A stretch of DNA of 64,000 nt from Verrucomicrobiota bacterium (GTDB taxonomy: Bacteria; Verrucomicrobiota; Verrucomicrobiia; Limisphaerales; AAA164-E04), in NCBI GenBank assembly GCA_047947115.1, contig CP170459.1, forward strand, positions 4,160,001-4,224,000, written 5' to 3'. The translations under genes were made by a program, and so were the position numbers. Position 1 is the first letter of the stretch, and every line of letters starts with the position of its first letter. Shown here piece by piece: positions 61,091 through 64,000 of the stretch. Under the pieces are notes generated by a model. The model was not told the origin of the DNA. It made no database searches and saw only the letters and a program-made list of their open reading frames with translations.

Positions 61091-61327
61091 TTGTTGTCTT
61101 GGTCTTGGGTCGCCTTCAAAACCGGACACGTCAGTAAATCATACGTCGACTTGAGGGTCATTTAAAAGATCTAATAGCTTTGGGATAAATTCCTTTTGCT
61201 ATTGAACCCACACCTCCTTATCGGGTGCTTCAGGGAAAGGCCTCGGAATGCGCCTGTTATAGTCATGCTCATGGAGGTATCTGATTAAGGTTCCATAACT
61301 GATATTGATCTTTTGTTTCGATTTTAG
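61091..61327 (-). pseudogene. IS630-family transposase remnant
   Basis: Hand translation: ...ISYGTLIRYLHEHDYNRRIPRPFPEAPDKEVWVQ*QKEFIPKLLDLLNDPQVDV*FTDVSGFEGDPRPR; two in-frame stops. Confidence 0.7.
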
Positions 61328-61682
61328 TGTGAAGGACAGCAATCGACAGCGCCACCCAGCTCCTCCTCTATTGAGCAGTTTTCTGGATTGGGATGGTTGC
61401 GCTGTCGTCCGAATCCTCAGATTGCACCACTTTCAATTTTAATCAGTCCTAAAAGCACTACGATTGAGGTGATTTTTCTTTGAAAATTACGCACAGCCCC
61501 CCGCTCATCCAAGCAATCTGTTAACCTGAGATAAATACTGTTATCAGCGGCAGGAAAGCAATCAGTCGGGACTGTTCGAAGCAATAAAACACCCTTTCTA
61601 AAACCATCTCAATCAGCCCCATGAAAATGGCAGATTTTGCTTCCAATTTTATGAAAGAATTTTCCAAGCTGGCAGCATTTCC

Positions 61683-63845
61683 TTACTGTTGTTTACTGCG
61701 CTTTTTGGAGCGTTTTCTGAAGACTTTCTTGTTCTTGGCTTTGGGTCTGCCAGGTTTTGGGAGCAATTTAAAATCGACTTGCTTTTTGTAGGTGTCCACT
61801 TTCGCAACCTGCACGACTATTTGATCTCCCAGTCGTATGATTCGTCTGGTTCGGCGTCCGATGATACGAATTCGATCCGGATCCATTTCGTAAAAATCGT
61901 CCTCAAGAATCGAGAGCGGAACCAAGCCGCTCATCCCTAAATCCGGTACATCGACAAAGAATCCAAAGTTACGAATCTGGGTGACCATGGCAGCGTAAGG
62001 CGAAGGTTTTCCTGATTTCAATTGATGGTTCAGGAACGCAAACAATTTAACATTCTTACTGTCACGCTCTGAGTCTGACGAGTTCCGTTCCGTGACGGAT
62101 AAATGATCAGCAATTTCCTTCAGCACGCTTAATCGTTCCCCTTTCTTTTCGAACAGGGTCCTGTGTACGATCAAATCCGCATACCGCCGTATAGGCGAGG
62201 TAAAATGGGTGTAATTGGCCTTGGCAAGACCGTAATGCCCCAAGGGCTCCACCGAATAACAGGCCCGCATCAACGATTTGAGGAAACCGATCTTAAGTGC
62301 GGGGCCAATGGGCAACTCTCCAAGTCGCTTCAACAGCTGTTGAACCTGTCCGGGTTTTTCCAAGTTTCCGCAAGGTATTCCATGGGCAAGGACTTCTTCA
62401 CGGTAATCCCGCAATCTATCCGAATCAGGCTTTTCATGGATGCGATGAATGGTATGACGGCGCAGACTTTTGAATCGTTGGGCGACGGCTTCATTCGCCA
62501 GCAACATGAATTCTTCGATCAACTGATGCGATTCATCATTATCATGGCGTTCAATATTGCGAACGCGTCCTTTCGCATCGAGTCGGATTTTTGTTTCTGG
62601 AAAATCCAATTCCAACGCACCTGCTTTAAATCGGCGTCGCCTGATTTTCTGCGCCAATCGATGGGCTTCACGCAGCATGTTCTCTACCGATCCCTGCGAT
62701 TTGCTTTGAATGACGGAAAGGGCTTCCCGGTAGGTGAATCGTTTTTTTGAATGAATCACTGCGGAATAGCATTTTGCGTTGAGGACCTTCCCTTCATTAT
62801 CAATACTGAACTCCACACACTTGGTCAAACGATCCACATCTGGTTTGAGAGAGCAAAGTTCATTACTCAAAGCCTCAGGCAGCATTGGAATAACACGATC
62901 CACGAGGTAAGTTGAGTTGCCCCTCTTACGCGCTTCGACATCCAGTGCGGAACCGGGTTTCACGTAGTGGGAAACATCCGCAATGTGAACCCATAGATTC
63001 CAACCGGAAGATGCTTTCTTCAAACAAAATGCATCATCGAAATCCCGGGCATCATCGGGATCAATGGTGATGACATGGTGCCCCCGGCAATCAATCCGTC
63101 CTTTACATTCCGCAGGCGTGACTTCACTCCCGAATTGACGGGCAGCTTGAAGCACTTTGCCAGGAAACTTTAATGGAAGTTCATAATGCCGCAAAACCGA
63201 AAGCATATCGACTCCTTCGGCTGACGGGGATCCCAGCACTTCAATGACCTGACCCTCCGGATTTGTATGACGAGATTCCCATTGCAGCAATTCGACGACC
63301 ACCTTGTCCCCATTCCTGACGGTACACCCGACATCTTTAGGTTGTGGAACGTAGATATCCTGTGGAATGCGTGGATCATCCGGAATGACGTATCTCAAAA
63401 GGTTGCCATGCTTGAACGTACCAACAAAACGAGTACGCCGCCTCTCCAACACACGTACAACGCTTCCAGAATGTTTCTCGCCTGCCGAAAGTTTTCCTCC
63501 CTGAACACGAACATTAAGTCGAATCAGCACACGATCTTCATGCATTGCAGTGGATGTGGAATCCGCTGAGACGGTGATTTCCCCTAACTTGGAGTCATCT
63601 GGAATGAGATATCCACGTCCTTGCAGAGTCATCATGATTCGCCCGGGAACCAAGTCCGCCAGTTTGGGGAGTATGTAACGATTACCCTTGATCCTGGCAA
63701 TCTGCCCCACTCGTTCCAGCGACTTCAGGACATTTTGAAGCCGTTGTTGTTGATTTCGTTCCAAATTCAAAAGCCGGAGCAATTCGGGGACGTTTGAAGG
63801 AATATAATTCGATCGCCCTAATAATTTAATAATTTCATCATTCAT
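61683..63845 (-). CDS. rnr: Ribonuclease R
   Basis: ITIDPDDARDFDDA, HIADVSHYV, YTHFTSPIRRYADL, S1 domain, basic C-tail. Confidence 0.95.
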   Translation of the reverse strand: MNDEIIKLLGRSNYIPSNVPELLRLLNLERNQQQRLQNVLKSLERVGQIARIKGNRYILPKLADLVPGRIMMTLQGRGYLIPDDSKLGEITVSADSTSTAMHEDRVLIRLNVRVQGGKLSAGEKHSGSVVRVLERRRTRFVGTFKHGNLLRYVIPDDPRIPQDIYVPQPKDVGCTVRNGDKVVVELLQWESRHTNPEGQVIEVLGSPSAEGVDMLSVLRHYELPLKFPGKVLQAARQFGSEVTPAECKGRIDCRGHHVITIDPDDARDFDDAFCLKKASSGWNLWVHIADVSHYVKPGSALDVEARKRGNSTYLVDRVIPMLPEALSNELCSLKPDVDRLTKCVEFSIDNEGKVLNAKCYSAVIHSKKRFTYREALSVIQSKSQGSVENMLREAHRLAQKIRRRRFKAGALELDFPETKIRLDAKGRVRNIERHDNDESHQLIEEFMLLANEAVAQRFKSLRRHTIHRIHEKPDSDRLRDYREEVLAHGIPCGNLEKPGQVQQLLKRLGELPIGPALKIGFLKSLMRACYSVEPLGHYGLAKANYTHFTSPIRRYADLIVHRTLFEKKGERLSVLKEIADHLSVTERNSSDSERDSKNVKLFAFLNHQLKSGKPSPYAAMVTQIRNFGFFVDVPDLGMSGLVPLSILEDDFYEMDPDRIRIIGRRTRRIIRLGDQIVVQVAKVDTYKKQVDFKLLPKPGRPKAKNKKVFRKRSKKRSKQQ

Positions 63846-64000
63846 AAGTCTACATGGAAGCCATTAACAACGACCCTGGTTAACAGATTACCGAAACGAT
63901 AAGGCTATTGACATCAGGATTTGACGAAATGTCAAAAGACTCTTCGTAACGACGTATTCTTGATTGCTTGAAATTACGGGTTCCGCATCCAGCGAAAACG

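Overview
This looks like a bacterial chromosome segment, most likely from Verrucomicrobiota/PVC. That is an inference from the DUF1553+DUF1501 pair, DUF1080, the H-X9-DG prepilin-like gene, PVC-type haem proteins and a sulfatase. The left part (1-12 kb) is a carbon-metabolism cluster: an ABC exporter with a degenerate ATPase, PEP carboxylase, a divergent wHTH regulator with two matching palindromes, a TPAT-type TRAP transporter and PPDK. Housekeeping genes (cbpA/dnaJ-like, infC, trxB, rnr) are mixed with secreted proteins that share a short C-terminal domain. An ABC/AAA+/TAXI operon lies at 44.7-49.9 kb. The window is rich in mobile and repeat DNA: three IS4-family elements, ISL3 and IS630 remnants, two copies of a 123-bp TA-bounded MITE each nested in an inverted-repeat pair, and two tandem arrays (161-bp and 10 x 104-bp) built on related GTAG-headed REP hairpins. 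tRNA-Ala(CGC) at 56781 has its 3' half plus about 150 bp duplicated 26 kb upstream as an att-like site. No CRISPR array, cas gene or integrase was seen. All calls come from reading the sequence by eye; no database searches were run.
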